Assembly: GCA_050613775.1 (NCBI GenBank)
Contig: JBODTK010000117.1
Coordinates: 124,001-188,000, forward strand
DNA: 64,000 bases
Source of the DNA: Neocallimastix sp. 'constans'
Taxonomy: Eukaryota
Reading direction: 5' to 3'
The notes under the pieces were generated by a model. The model made no database searches. It saw only the letters and a list, made by a program, of their open reading frames with translations, and was not told where the DNA came from. Shown here in pieces: positions 46,270 to 61,318 of the stretch (positions are counted from its first letter, which is position 1; every line of letters begins with the position of its first letter). Position numbers and translations under genes: made by a program.

Positions 46270-49200
46270 ATTTATTTATTATCTAAATTTTTTTTTTTAT
46301 TAAATAAAAATATTATTAATATATTATTTTAATTTACTTTTATTTATTTATTTTATTTTTTTTTTAATTTGATCTATCATACATCTTTGTTTATGATGTA
46401 TGATTAACATTTTGCTAATATTTTATTCCAACTTCAGTTCAATCTTTTAAATTGTTTACTTTTTCTTTTTCATGTTTATATTACTTTATAAATATACTAA
46501 TTTTTAATTGTTTTGTATTTGTTCAATATTTATTATTAATACTTTTTTTCACTATTTGAACAATTCTTCTTCTCAAACTTATTACTATTTGTATCATTAT
46601 TATTATTTTTATTAATATTTATATTAATTTTTATTATTTATTTTTCTTTCAATTTTTTTTTCTATGATCAATTTAAATTTCATTTTTGTTTGTTTACTTC
46701 GCCTCTACTAATATGTTTATTTATTTATTCTATTTTTATTTATCTACTTCTTATTAATTTTTGTTTGCCTCTTATTTTATTTCTTTTTTTTTTCTTCAAA
46801 TTATTTTCCTTTAATTATTTTTATAATTTTTATTTTATTTATTCAATATTTACTTATACAAAAAAAATTATTTCAAGGTTTTTTAGAGGTTTTCGTTTTT
46901 TGCTATAATTCTTATTTTTTTTATTTATTAAATAAAAAAAAGTAAAATTATCTAAGAATTAAAAAAGAAAAAAGAATTTTTAAATTATTTTTTTATATTT
47001 ATATGATTTTTAAATTTACTTTTTTTTTTACTTAATATTTTATAAATTATTTAATTTATTTTTATTTATTATTGTTTTTTTTTTAATAGTAAATAATTAA
47101 TAAATAATAAAAATTATAATATAAATAACTATTATATTAATAATAATTATATTGATAATATATATTATAATATATTAACATAAGTATAAAATTTTTTTTA
47201 ATTACTTTTTTTTTTTTCTTTATTAATAATTAAATCTAAATCTTATAATTGAATTTAATTGATTTTTATTTTATTCTTATTTTATTTTTTATTTATTATT
47301 ATTTTCTATTTATTTTATTTTATTTTTATTATTTTTTATATTTTATTTTATTTTATTTTATTTTTATTTTTTTTACAAATTAAATATTATATAAAGTTAT
47401 ATATTATTAATAGATAATAATATATTTTAAAATAATGAAAAAATTAATTAAACTTTACTAGTTCAAATAAAAAAAAGTATATGATATAAAATATAATAAC
47501 AGAGTAAATATATATGCTGATAACATTAAAAGAAAAAATAAAACTTAATAGTTAATTAAAAATTATTGATATTAAATAGCATAAAATTATTATTTATTCA
47601 TATATAATATATATATATGAATAAATAATATATAGGAAATGATAAATATAAGATATATATATATTTCAATTTTATTAGTATCTTAACTACATCGACTGTC
47701 AACTTTGATTCTAGTATTGTATGAATTAGGAATTCATTAAATATATATAAGGCAAAATAATAAATAATAATTACAATAAAAAAGTTTATGAAAATTTAAA
47801 ACTAAAATATATAAAATATAAAAAAAATATAAAATGGAATTTAATATTATAATATTAAATTCATATTTATACTTTAATTAAACATTAAACCATTTATTTA
47901 ACAAAAAGAATATATATATTTTATAATTCAATTATAGTGATTCAGCTTGAATATTTATGAGTATAAATATATATATTTTTTTAAAAAAGAAATATTTATT
48001 ATTAAATTATTAAATAAATATTAGAATATGTAATAATTAATAATAATATTAGAGCCTTCATGAAGTTACAAAATAATAAAAAATAATAATGATAATTTTC
48101 TTTATATAAACTTCTATATAAATTATTTAATAAAACTTGTAATCTTTTTAAGCTAAATTAAATCAGTATGATTTGATTATTATGATATTAATATTAGTAT
48201 TAGTTTTAGCATGCTTAATTTTTAAATTTCTACTATTATCATAATTTTAATTATGATTTAAAAATAATTATAGTTTTAAATTAATATACTTTTTTTTTAT
48301 TATTATATAAATATATTAATAAAATTAAAATTATTTTTAAAGGCATTATATAATATATATAAATAACCTAATTGCTAAAATTATGTTAACTTTTTCTATT
48401 TTTCTAAAAAAGAAAAAGAAAAGATAATAATAAAATAAACCAAAAAAAAAATTATTTACGAAAAAATATTAATAAAAATAAACTAATATAAATAAAAAAA
48501 AATTATTTTAAAAAAAAATTTAAAAAAAAATATTTTAAAATTGATATATTTTACAAAAAAAACAACACTGCAAGAGTAAAAGTTAACCTTATATTATTGA
48601 AAGTATTGTAATAGTCATCAATAAAGTACAAATAAATATTTATAATTTATATGGTATTATTAAATATGATAGAAAATTTTTATATTTTTTTTTATAATTA
48701 ATATCTTAAAAAGTATAAAAAAATACATCTATATTGAAAATATTTTAATTAGAAATAATTTCTAAAAAAAAATTAATTAAAACTATCTAAAATATATATA
48801 TAATATTTTAATTTTTTTTTTTTTTTTTTTAAAAAAAAAACATATATATATATAATATTTTAAATTTTTTTAAAAAAAAAAACTTTTTATTATTTGAATG
48901 AATGATAGTTTAATATTTCTATTTACTTTATTTATTTTATTTTATTATATTTTTAATAAATAAACTTTTATATGAAAAAAAAATTTTTTTTTAATGAAGA
49001 TGAATAATATAATGAATATTTTCATAATAATTTTTCTTATGTAATATTAAATAAATACTATGGAAATTATAATTAAAATAAATTAATATCGATTTCAAAT
49101 AATTATATTCTTCGCTATAATATTTAATAATATTTAATTATTCTCTACTTTCTCTATTTCTTTAACATAAATTACTAATATATAAATTACAAAAAATATT

Positions 49201-50974
49201 AATATAATATTATATTTAAAACTCATAAAATAAAAGAATGATAAAATTATTATATTTATTTATTTAAACTTAAAATTAGATTATTTATATATAATAATAT
49301 GAACTATAAAAAGTATGTTTAGTGTCACTAATACATAATGATTTGCTTTGTAATTGAATTAAATATGGAAATAAATATCCACAAAAAAGGTCATAATCAT
49401 GTCACGATTTATTTATTAATTTTTATATTTTTTTTTAGAAAAAAATTTTTTTTTTCATTACAACATATAAATAAATAAATTTAATGGATTATTATTATTA
49501 TTTTGAAATGAAAACATCTAAATATAAGTAGTTTATTATTATTTTTTTTATAAATTTTAATTAAAGAATGAATCAATTTAAAAATAATAAATATTGTAAT
49601 TCTATATTATTTGATATCAAAAAAAAAAAAAAAAAAAAAAAAAAATAAAATTAAAATATTGTTTTTATACCCATTTATATTCAAATTTAAAGTTCCAAGT
49701 TTAAATGCATAATAAAGACAGTTTATTTAATTTTTAGTATTTTATTTTATTTTTATTTTTATTCTTTAATATTGTTTACATTTTTTGATATAATATTTAA
49801 TCTTGGTATTAAAAATATTGTTTAAGCCATAATATATTCCATACGCATAAATATATGCATATATTATTTTAAAAGATAATGATTATTAGAATTATGTTAT
49901 ATTAATATTTAATATTTAACGAAATATTATGTGTTTTCGCTTCTATTTAATATTTTTAATATGGCTTAAAAAATAAAATCATTTAAAAAAATATTTATAA
50001 TACCATTTAAAAATATAACATAATATAACAAATATATTTTAAAGAAGAAAAATAGATATATTGTTTATATACAAAAATATAAATATATAAATAACTTTTA
50101 ATTTTTTTTTTAAACAATGAAACTCAATAAAAACAAAAATTATATATAATAATAATAATATTATTATTTTTTAATAATCAAATAAAATAAAATAAAATAA
50201 AATAAAATTTAATTAAATTTAATTAAATTAAAAATTTAATTAATTTTTATTCGTTATATGTATTATCCATTAATACATATTCATATTAATTCTAATATAT
50301 CATTATATAATATAATAGTGTAAGCAATAACAAATTTTTAATATTAAATTTTTATAATTACATTAATTACATTTTAATTTTTTAATATTAGCCAATATTT
50401 TGTTTGAATGTAACAATAATGTAATATTTCGATCTTTTATGTATATTTATAGTAATTTTTTTTTTTTTTAAATTAATTATTTAAATACAAAGAAAAATCA
50501 AAAACTTTGAAATAATATTAACAAAAATAGTATTTGAACAGAATTTTCATATATCGTTAATAATAGTAAATTTTAGAAAATGATATAATATAAATTGTAT
50601 GTAAGTATATTTTATACATAAAATATTGTTTTTTTATTTTTTATTTTTATATTTACTTTTTTTTTTTTTTTTTTTTTAGAAAAAAAGGGATATAAAAAGT
50701 AAATAAAAAAAAATTGTGTTTAGTAAAATAATTTAAACTATCAAAATATAGGGTTTTTTTTTTTTAAAAAAAAAAAAAAAATAAAAAGATGTATTGTACT
50801 TAAAATAATTAATTTATTATACATTATGTTATTCTATGTAATGAATTTTAATATACATTATTCATGTGATATGACAAAGTTCCTTTTGTAATTAAATATA
50901 TAATGGATATTCTCCTATATATTGAATTCAACAAAATAATAAATATATAAAAAAAACTTTATAGAAGTTAAGAT

Positions 50975-51015
<41 letters not shown>

Positions 51016-54000
51016 TGATAGAAAGCTTTGAAAATTTAGTTTATTTAAAATTAAATAAAAATATTTATGTTATAATTTCATACTTAAATAAAAGGAAAAG
51101 TTAATTGTTATTTTATTAATACATACATAAATAACGTTTATTATGATATTAAATAATGAATAACAAAAATTGTTATCTTTAATAAAATTTGTACTTTTAT
51201 TATCTAAACATATAATCTTTTTTTGCTCATATATATTTTTTTTTTCATATTTCTTAAAATAATGAAAGAAAAAAAAATAGCAATAATCATAATTTAGTAT
51301 TTTATTCCTTATTATAAAAAAAAAACATTGATAATAAATAAGGAAAACTTTAAGAAATAAAATAAAAGTAAACAAAAGATAATCGTATTTTTTAAATTAT
51401 AAATTAATATATTAGATGCATTATTTAAATATACTAATATTATAATATTAATATAGTTTTAAAAAAATATTAACCTTTTCAAAATCAAATAATTTAAAGT
51501 TTATGAAATTTCTTGATATGATATATGATTGTTTTTAGTAAATAATTAAATATTTAGCAATGTTTTTTTTTTTTTTTTTTTTTTTTTTATAAACAATGAA
51601 TCAATGTATATGTATTATTTTATTTATATTATTTTATATTATTTTTTAAAAATTGTTTATTATAATATAAATGTAATATTGTTAATTGAAATAAAAAAAA
51701 TGGATAATTGATAATAATTAGCATATATATATATATTAATTTTTTTTTATTAATATTATTATAAAAAGTATATTAGAATCAATATTTAAATACAAAAATT
51801 CATGTGAGTACTAATTATTATATCATAAAATTATTATTGTTAATATTTCAATTATTGACTATTTAATTTTTTTTTTTAAACAAGTGATTACATTTATTTT
51901 ATTTATCAAAAAAAAAAGAAGACTTTAATATGTTTAATTTTTAATATTAATTATAATAATTATATAACTAAAAATATATTATTTGATGTGGAAAATAAAA
52001 TATTGGGCAATAACTCCTACGGAAAATATTATAATATTATATACAATTGATAATAAATAAAGTTTATGTGAAGGCTAATGAAATTTAATTTATTTAGATT
52101 ATAACAAAAAAAAAAAAAAAAAAAATTAAATATGATTATTAATATTCACCAAAAAAAAAGATGAGTTATTTACTAATAAAATTATAATAATTTTTAACAT
52201 CTATATAATAAAACTTTAAATATAATAATATTTAAGGTTTTATTATTTTATTCATTATTATAATTATTATTATTTTTTGATTCTATTAATTTTTCTAATA
52301 TTATAAAAAAAATTTTTTTTTTTATGAATATGTCCTATTTTAAAATTTAATCTTTAAGTAGAATTAACAATAAAATACTAAAAATACATCTATATACTAT
52401 TTATTATAATATTATAAAATTTAATTATATTAATATCATAAATAGTATATTTTATTATTAAAAATTATGAAATCATTTTTAGTAAAACAATAACAATACT
52501 TATATATATGTAATTTACTTAAAATGTTTAATATTAATATATAAATGATATTTAATTTCTATTATTTAGATAATAATTTTAATAATAAAAGAGCAATTAA
52601 ATACAATAATAATTTATTATTATTACTTTCCATAAAAAATATTATAGAAAAATATGTATCTTTATATAATGTTATACTTTGTTGTTGTTTATTTATTAAA
52701 CTTCAATGATTATCAATTACATATGTGTTTTTCTTTTAAAAAATTTTTATAAAAAAATTATTATTGTAAATGTTATATATTATTATTAATTAAAACAGTT
52801 ATTATTAAATATACAAATGTTTAAAATTTATTTAATTTATACTAATTTACTATTAATTTTAATAATAAAATAGTAATAAAGTTAATTAACTAATAAGCAG
52901 TAATAAGTAGTGAATATAATAATTATTTTTATTAATAGATACATTAAATAATTTGGTTATGTCGCTATAGAAAAAATAATAATTAGACAATTGATAGTAA
53001 TTAAAGTTTCATTATTTTATTAATAAAATAAAACTACGTTTTTTTTTTTTTTTTTTTTAATATATCATCATGTATTATGTAAAAGGTTTTTCCTTTTTTG
53101 TAAAAAGAAATAGAAATGATTTAATGATTTATCTTAATATTTTATGGAAGTGTCTTATTATAAGGTTTACTTTTAAAAATATAAAAAAGAAAAAAAAAAA
53201 ATAAATAAATATTAGAATACTACAAATTCATATATATTTTCCATTATTATACTAAAAATTTTAATAATATCAATTTATTGCATTTATTAAAAATGCTTAA
53301 TATTAATGTATATATATATAATAATAATAATAAAGTTAAATAACTAATAATCAATAAATATAAAAATTATTTTTTATCATTTACTCAAATAAAAGTGTCA
53401 ATTTAATTATGTTGCTATAGTAAATGTTAAAAATTGGATAATAAGTAAAGTTTTATTATTTAATTTAATTAATACAATAAATAAAACTATTTTTTTTATT
53501 AAAAAAAAAGAAAATATTTATTTATTTTATATCATAAAAGATTTTCTATTTTTTGTAAAATGTGTCATAATTAAAATTAATTTTTTATGAAGAATCGATT
53601 TAGAATATTAAAATTCATTTATTAATTTTATTATATAAAAAATTTTAATAATATCAATACATCATTAATATTATATTTTCCTATTAAAAATTATGAAATT
53701 ATTCTTAGAGAAAAAATAGTATAGCTTTAATTTTGCATTACAAGTCAAAAAAAAAAAAAAAAAAAAAAAAAAGCTTATCATTAATATTTGAAAAATTATT
53801 TAATTTTATTTAGTTGTTATTTAAGTATTATCAAAATGAAAATCAAATAACATAAATAGAATAACCAATTAACACACACTTAATTATTTTATTGTTATCT
53901 ATCTAAAGAAGATGCATTATTTGCTTTGTAAAATTTAATAACTGGCAATAATTACTATAGTAATATATAAATATTTAATCATGTGCATAATTTTTTTTTT

Positions 54001-54420
54001 GTATGGTTTATTTTAATTATCATTATCGTTTTTTTGTAAAATAAAATTTAATTTGTTACTATTACCATAATCATTAAGAATAATAATAATTTTTTTATTG
54101 ATAACTAAAAAAAAATCTATTATTAAAAAATTATTACTTTTATTAAATGATATCTATAATAAAAAACAATTATTAAAAACTATAAAAAAAAAAAAAAAAA
54201 AAAAAATTAAAAACTATACCGTATTAATATATAAATATAAATTAATAATTAACAAAATATCAAAAGTAAAAAGTTATATAATTTTATTAAGTTATTTATT
54301 ATTATTATTTTTTTTGTTTATTGTTTTTATATTTAACATTTCATTAAATAAAGCTTATCTTTTATCTTTTATATAATTTATAGAAAAAAATTTTTTTGTA
54401 AAAAAAGTAAATCCAAATAT

Positions 54421-54495
<75 letters not shown>

Positions 54496-55268
54496 TATGA
54501 TTGTAAAAATGATAATCATGATAAAAGGTAAAATAAGATATAAATAAAAAAAAAAAAAATTAATCTATTCTATAGAGCCTTTAATGAAGATTGAATTATT
54601 AAATAATAATTGTTAATAGATAAAAATAACAATTTACAATTGTTAAAAAATAAACAATGAAATATAATTTAAATAACTTGTTTATTTTTCTTTCATAAAA
54701 AAAAAAAAAAAACAAGTGATTAAATATTTTTTAGGTTTTTTTTAGTATATATCTACATTTAATTAATAAAAACAACTTCACAATTTATTAATTATAATTA
54801 TTTTAATTATTATTATTATTAATTGTTATTAAGTACTTTTAAATGAGATAAAATTTTCATTTTTCATTCCATTTTCAGTTTCGTTTTTATATATTTTTTT
54901 ACTTTATTTTTATTTTTATTTCATTTTTTATTTAAAAAAAATAAAATAAAAAAAAAAAAAATTATAATTTTATATACAACATAAAAATTTAATATTTTAT
55001 ATCAATGTTTTTATTTTATAAGATATTTATAATCGATTTAACCAATTATTGAATGTTTTAAAAGCTTATAGAAGTATTTATGTATTTATAATATTGTAAT
55101 TTATTAAAAACGAATAATAAAATAAATCAATTTATTAAAAATACATTATATGTTTATTTCTTCAATTTGTCATAATAATTTATATTTAAAACGAGTTGTT
55201 TTATTTTAGAATTTATTAAAAATTAATATATTAAAATTTTATATTAAATGTAAATAATTAAAATAATT

Positions 55269-55413
55269 TAATTTAAATGATATTATTATTTCTTAGAGAA
55301 ACTTTAAAACTTTAAACAATTTAAAATTAGAATGTAAATATTTAACATTAGAATGTAAATATTTAACATAAGTTTTAAAGTTTCTCTAAGAAATAATAAT
55401 ATCATTTAAATTA
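55269..55413. mobile_element. MITE-like foldback element with 44-bp perfect inverted arms
   Basis: 55269-55312 is the exact reverse complement of 55370-55413; the spacer contains a tandem pair of attagaatgtaaatatttaac. Confidence 0.65.
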
Positions 55414-58400
55414 TTTATAATTATTATTAATAATTAATTATTTTATTATTAATTATTATTTTTTATAATTATTTATTTATTATATTGAAATAAAGCTTTC
55501 CAAATTATGGGAGAAAAAAAAAATATTTTTATAATAGATTTAATACCAGTTCTTGTAGTTGCGATCAACTTTTTTTTTATTATTTTATTTCACTTCATTT
55601 TATATAGATTGCTTTAAATTTGTTTATCAAAAGGTTATTTACAAAGTATTTTATAATGATACAATACATAACCTTTGTATAAGCCACTAAATATGTTCTT
55701 TAAGTAGAAAATTATTAAAATTTACATTTTAAAACTTAATTCTTATCAAGCTTTTATTAATATTTATTTTATTTTAAAGTTCTCAAATTTAAGGGAGAAA
55801 AAGAAAGAATAAAGAAAAAAAAAAAAAGTATTTTTATTATAATTTATTACTAAATAAATAATTATTAAAATAAAGTTCTTATATTTTTCATTTCAAAAAT
55901 ATGATTAATAAAAAGGTTAATATTTAGATAATATAAAATTTTTAATTGTTGTTTTTCTTATTTATTTTTTATTTTTATATTTTACTCTATTTCGTTAATT
56001 ATAAAATTTATAGTTATTAGCCATAAAAATGATCATGGTCATTCTTATTTTATAATAATCTAATTTAATAAAGTTTAATTGAAAAATATTTTATACTTTT
56101 CTTATTTAGTTTTACTTGTATGGAAGATTAGCTTTTTTATACAATAATAATAAAATAAAAAAAAAAAGTCCTTTAGATAAAATAAACTAAAATATTTTTT
56201 ATTATTATAATTTTTTATATTTCATATTTTCTATCTTAAATTTATTTCATGTTTTTTATCTATCTATATTACAATAAAATAATTTTCCTTGTTTATATTT
56301 ATAATTTTATATTAAAATATCATATAGTACATTTTTTTTATTGTTTTTTATTTATTAAACTTTTTAAGTAAATTAAATATTAGTTGACTTTTTTCTTTTT
56401 TTTAAATGCAATATTATATTGGTTTGTATAAAAAATATTAAATGAAATTTAATAGCTCAAGTAAAAATAATTAAAATAAATATTAATTTATTTTAAGAGG
56501 AATGAAATTATTATATTTGCTCATTTTATTGTCTTTTATTTAATATTTGATAAAATTAATTGTTAATTTGAAATTACACTATATAGAATAAAATAATGAA
56601 AAAAAAAAATAAAATAAAAAATAAAAGGTTTTAGATAAAATAAAATAAAAAAAATATAGTAATATATAATATAAATTATCATTTCAAAGTTTATAATTTT
56701 TAAAAAAAATACAAAAACTATATATTTTACATATAAATATTACAAATATTATAAATATATAATAATAATATATAAAAATATTTTATAATAAATAAAATAA
56801 AATAAAATAAAATAAATAGTTGAATATGAATATAAAGTAAAGATTGAATAAAATAAAGTAAAATAAAATAATAATATTATATTATGACTAACATTAAAAA
56901 TTTAAATCTAAAAATTAAATTTTAATAATAATGTTTTTTTTTATATAATTTTTTTATATTATACTTAAATTTTTGTAATAATTTAAGTAAAATAACTAAA
57001 TTTATTAATTAATTAATTAATAATAATAATTAAAATAATAATAATAATTATTTTTATTTTACTTTTTATTTTATTTTATTTTATTTTATTTTCTTTTTAT
57101 TTTTAATTTTTTTTCTTTCAATTGAAATAGAACATATAGAAAGAATTTTAAAGGATAAAAGGTTTCAGTCCTTTTTTAGAAGTGAAAAAAAAAAAAAGAA
57201 TATTGTTTTAGAAATATTTGTGAAAAAACATATATACTTTGAGAAAAAAAAAAAAAGATACTTAAAAAAAATATTATAGGAAAAAATTATAAGAAAAAAA
57301 AAATTGAAAATTATAGGAAAAAATTATAAAAAAAAAAAAAATTGAAAATTAAAGAAAAAAAATTAAAAGAAAAAAACTTAAAAGGATAAAAAATTTATCA
57401 TATATAATTTTATTGTGGTTTCTTATAATAAGATATTCATATATAAAATTATAATAAAAATTTAAAATAAAAGTTGTTAAACCTGAATTGAAGTACTTTA
57501 ATATAAGTAAAAAAATAAAAAGAAAAACCAATTAGAGTATTAACAATTAATTTGTATATAACATAAAAGGGTTTAAGAAAGTCATAAAAAAAAAAAAAAT
57601 CTATTTATATAATAGAAAGATTATATATTATAAAATATATATAATATTATAAATAAAATCTATCTATTAAAAATTAAAAATTACGATATCAGATTGATAT
57701 TAAAAGTAAAAAAAAAAAAAAAAAAAACTGGTAAAAAAATAATAATCACAAACAAAACTAAAAAAAAAAAGAATGTTAAATATTACAAAAAATGATATTG
57801 AATTATAAAATATAACATAAAAAGTTAACAATATATAAAAAATAATGAGTAATATAAAAATTTAAATATATTAAAAAAAATTTTTTTTTAAAAAAAAAAA
57901 AAACGAAGTTTTAAAAGTACCACCAAGTACAATAAAATATAACGAATTTTAATAAACATTTTTTTATTCAAATAATAAAAAATTTCTTCAAAATAAAAAA
58001 ATACTTTAGTAAATTTATTTAAATCCATTGAAGTACATTAATACATAATTTAGATTTTAATTCATATAAAACTATATATTATTTATTAATAATATATTTA
58101 ATTTTTGGTTATTAATTTAATACTTATTTATTTCAATAAATATATATATATATATATATAAAAGTAAAGAAAATATTAAGCTAAATTTTTATAAACATAT
58201 TTTTTATTTTTTTTTTTTATTAAAAAAAAAAAAAAATAAAAAATAAAAGATATAGTAAAAATTATTCAAGACATCACATAAATTTTAATTATTATATACT
58301 AGACTATTTTTTTATTTTTTCATAATTTTTATTCTTATTCATTTTTTTCTTTTTTTATCATTATTATTATCATTTTTTTTTTTTTACTACTGGATATTCT

Positions 58401-58796
58401 TTTTATTAAATTTTTTTTTTAAAAAAATTTTAAAAATTTTTAAAATTATTTTTTTTTCTAATTTTTTTTGTTTTATATCATAAACTGGAAATATAATATT
58501 TAATAAATTTTTTTTTTTTCATATTCATTACTTAAAAAAAAGTTAATTATAATTATATTAAGCTATATATATATAATATATAAACAACAATATAAATATT
58601 TAATAATTAAAAAAAGAAAAATAAAATACTGAAATAATTATAAATTACATTAAAAAAATTTTTTTTAATTTTCAATATATAATACGTAATACATAAATAC
58701 GTAATAATCAGAAAAAAAAACAATTTAAAAAACCATTTTTCTAAAAAAAAAAAAAAAAGTATAAATATAATAAATAATAAAATAACAGGAAAAAAA

Positions 58797-60908
58797 ATGT
58801 ACTCTTCAACTAATTACTTATATAGAAGACCCTCAAATGCTTCAGATTCATCATCAGCAACATTAACGGATGATAAATGTTACGGATTATCCAATTCTCC
58901 TAATTCTTCTAATTATAATACCTACAACAACAATTATGATATGAATAATTATAATTCGAATGGATTTTATAATAATAATTATATGAATCAATCGTATTAT
59001 AATGCTAATGATGAAGAATACAAAAATTTACCATATAATCGAAATTCTTATCCATTAACTAATAACAGTAGCTATTATAATAATTATAACTACAATAATG
59101 GTTATGATTCAAGATATAATTATGGCTTAGGCTCATCTTCCTATCCAATGTATAGTTCGTCAAATCTTTTTAATAATTATGAAAATAATGGAAGATTACA
59201 TCGTAGAAGTTTAAGTGTTGGAAATACACCAAGTAAAAATTAAAATTGATTATAATTAATTTTAATAATTAAATATATATATATATATTATATTTTATGA
59301 TATTTTAATTTTTAAGAAAAAAATTTTTTTTTAAAACTAAAACTTTATTTTTATCTTCATTAATTAAAAAAAAAAAACAATATTAAAAAAAATTATTATT
59401 TTTTTTTATTACATCTTTACAATAAAAAAAGGTTATAATACATATGGTTATAACTATGATAATGATGATGGTGTCTATAGAGATAATAATCATATATATA
59501 TTACAAGATCCACTTCAAATTTGACACCTTCCAGAAGACATTTAAGATATAATTCAGGTGGAAGTTTTTCGAGTTCATTTTTTAAAAGAAATCATACCAA
59601 TCCTATTGATTATCTTGATTTGCCCGTAAATTATAGTGATTATTACAATAGAAGAAGAAGAAGTAAAAGATATTCAAGAGCATTAGATGATTACTATCCA
59701 GAAAGAAAGAAATCTTTATTAGAAAATCTTACATCGAAATTCAGGAAATTACGTTTCGGATCTAATTATAATAAATATGATGATGATTACTGTAAATATA
59801 TTAAAATATATATATCTATATATAAAGATTTTGATGAATTCATATAATTAAAATTTAAATATAAATAAAATAGTATTTATTATTAATTTTTTTACTATTT
59901 AAATATTAATTTTATTTTATTATTATTTTTTTTTTAATATTAAAAATTTTAATAATATATAAACATTATTAACCTTTTAAAATATAAATATTTTATATAT
60001 ATATTTAATATATAGATAATGATGAATATAGAAGGAGACGTAGATATAGTAATTATTTAAGAAATAGTACAATAAATAATTCAATTAACAATAGTATGAA
60101 CAATCTTGATTATAATCAATATAATGATTATAATAATTATGATAATAATTACAATAGTTATTATAATGATAATAATAATAATAATAATAATAATAATTAT
60201 AATTATAATAACAATTATAATAACAATTATAATTACAACAATCAAAATAATATGTATTCATCTTATTTAAATAATTCAACTAATGATTTCAATATCAATA
60301 GAACCTATTCGGATTATTCAACTCAACCCCCAGCACAAAAATTAGTTAAAGCTCCAACCATGGATAATACTAACGGTATAAATTCCTTAAATAGTAACTA
60401 CAACAATAATGATTATAATTCATGGAGTAATTATAACACGAGTTCGAACTACTTATTTGATAATCAACCCTATAATATGGGAAATTCTGATGGTAATATA
60501 TATTCAGATCGGTATTCCTCGAGTTTCAATGATTACTCCACATTTCGAAGAAGTAATTCAGTTTTAAATAGAAATCATAGTCGACATAATTCATTAAATA
60601 ATATATATGATAATGATTTGTATAATAGTTCCTCTCGTCTCTATAATACCTATAATAAAAGTCAAGAATTTTACAATAATGATACTTATAATAATAGTCT
60701 TTATGTTACCAATGATAATTTCGGTACAGTTGATAATGATCTTAAATTAAGTAAATACAGAACCCCTTCCTATAGAAGAATGAAATCAAGTTTAAAGGAG
60801 TGCGTTGACAGCAATTATTATAATAATAATTATGATGGTAATCCAAAATATTATAAATATAGACAACCTTCTAAAGTAACCTTTGATAAAAATGTTCAAT
60901 ATTGCTAA
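58797..60908 (+). CDS. Unknown Asn/Tyr/Ser-rich low-complexity protein, 562 aa, 3 exons: 58797-59232, 59432-59791, 60016-60908
   Basis: Three ORF-track pieces join in frame through two phase-1 GT-AG introns (1689 nt total). No globular domain recognised. Confidence 0.85.
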
Positions 60909-61285
60909 AATTTAATATAAAAATAATAATAATAATAATAAAAAAAATAAAATAAAATAAAATAAAATAAAATTAACAAATTAATTGCTTTAAAATTTAA
61001 AAGACCAATTGGATTATTAGCATTTGAAAGTTCTATATATATATAAAGCCATTTTGATCAAAGTAAGTTTTTCTCTAATTATATAATAAAATTTATATCT
61101 TATTTTACTATAATCTATTAAATGAAAATAGATTATAATTATATATAAAGTAAAAATATTTATATATAAAGTAAAAACAATATTACTCACTATAAATCTT
61201 TATATATATATATATATTTTAATAAATATTCATTCATCAACATTACTCTAATAATAAATAGAATATTATATATAAAATATTAAAA

Positions 61286-61318
<33 letters not shown>

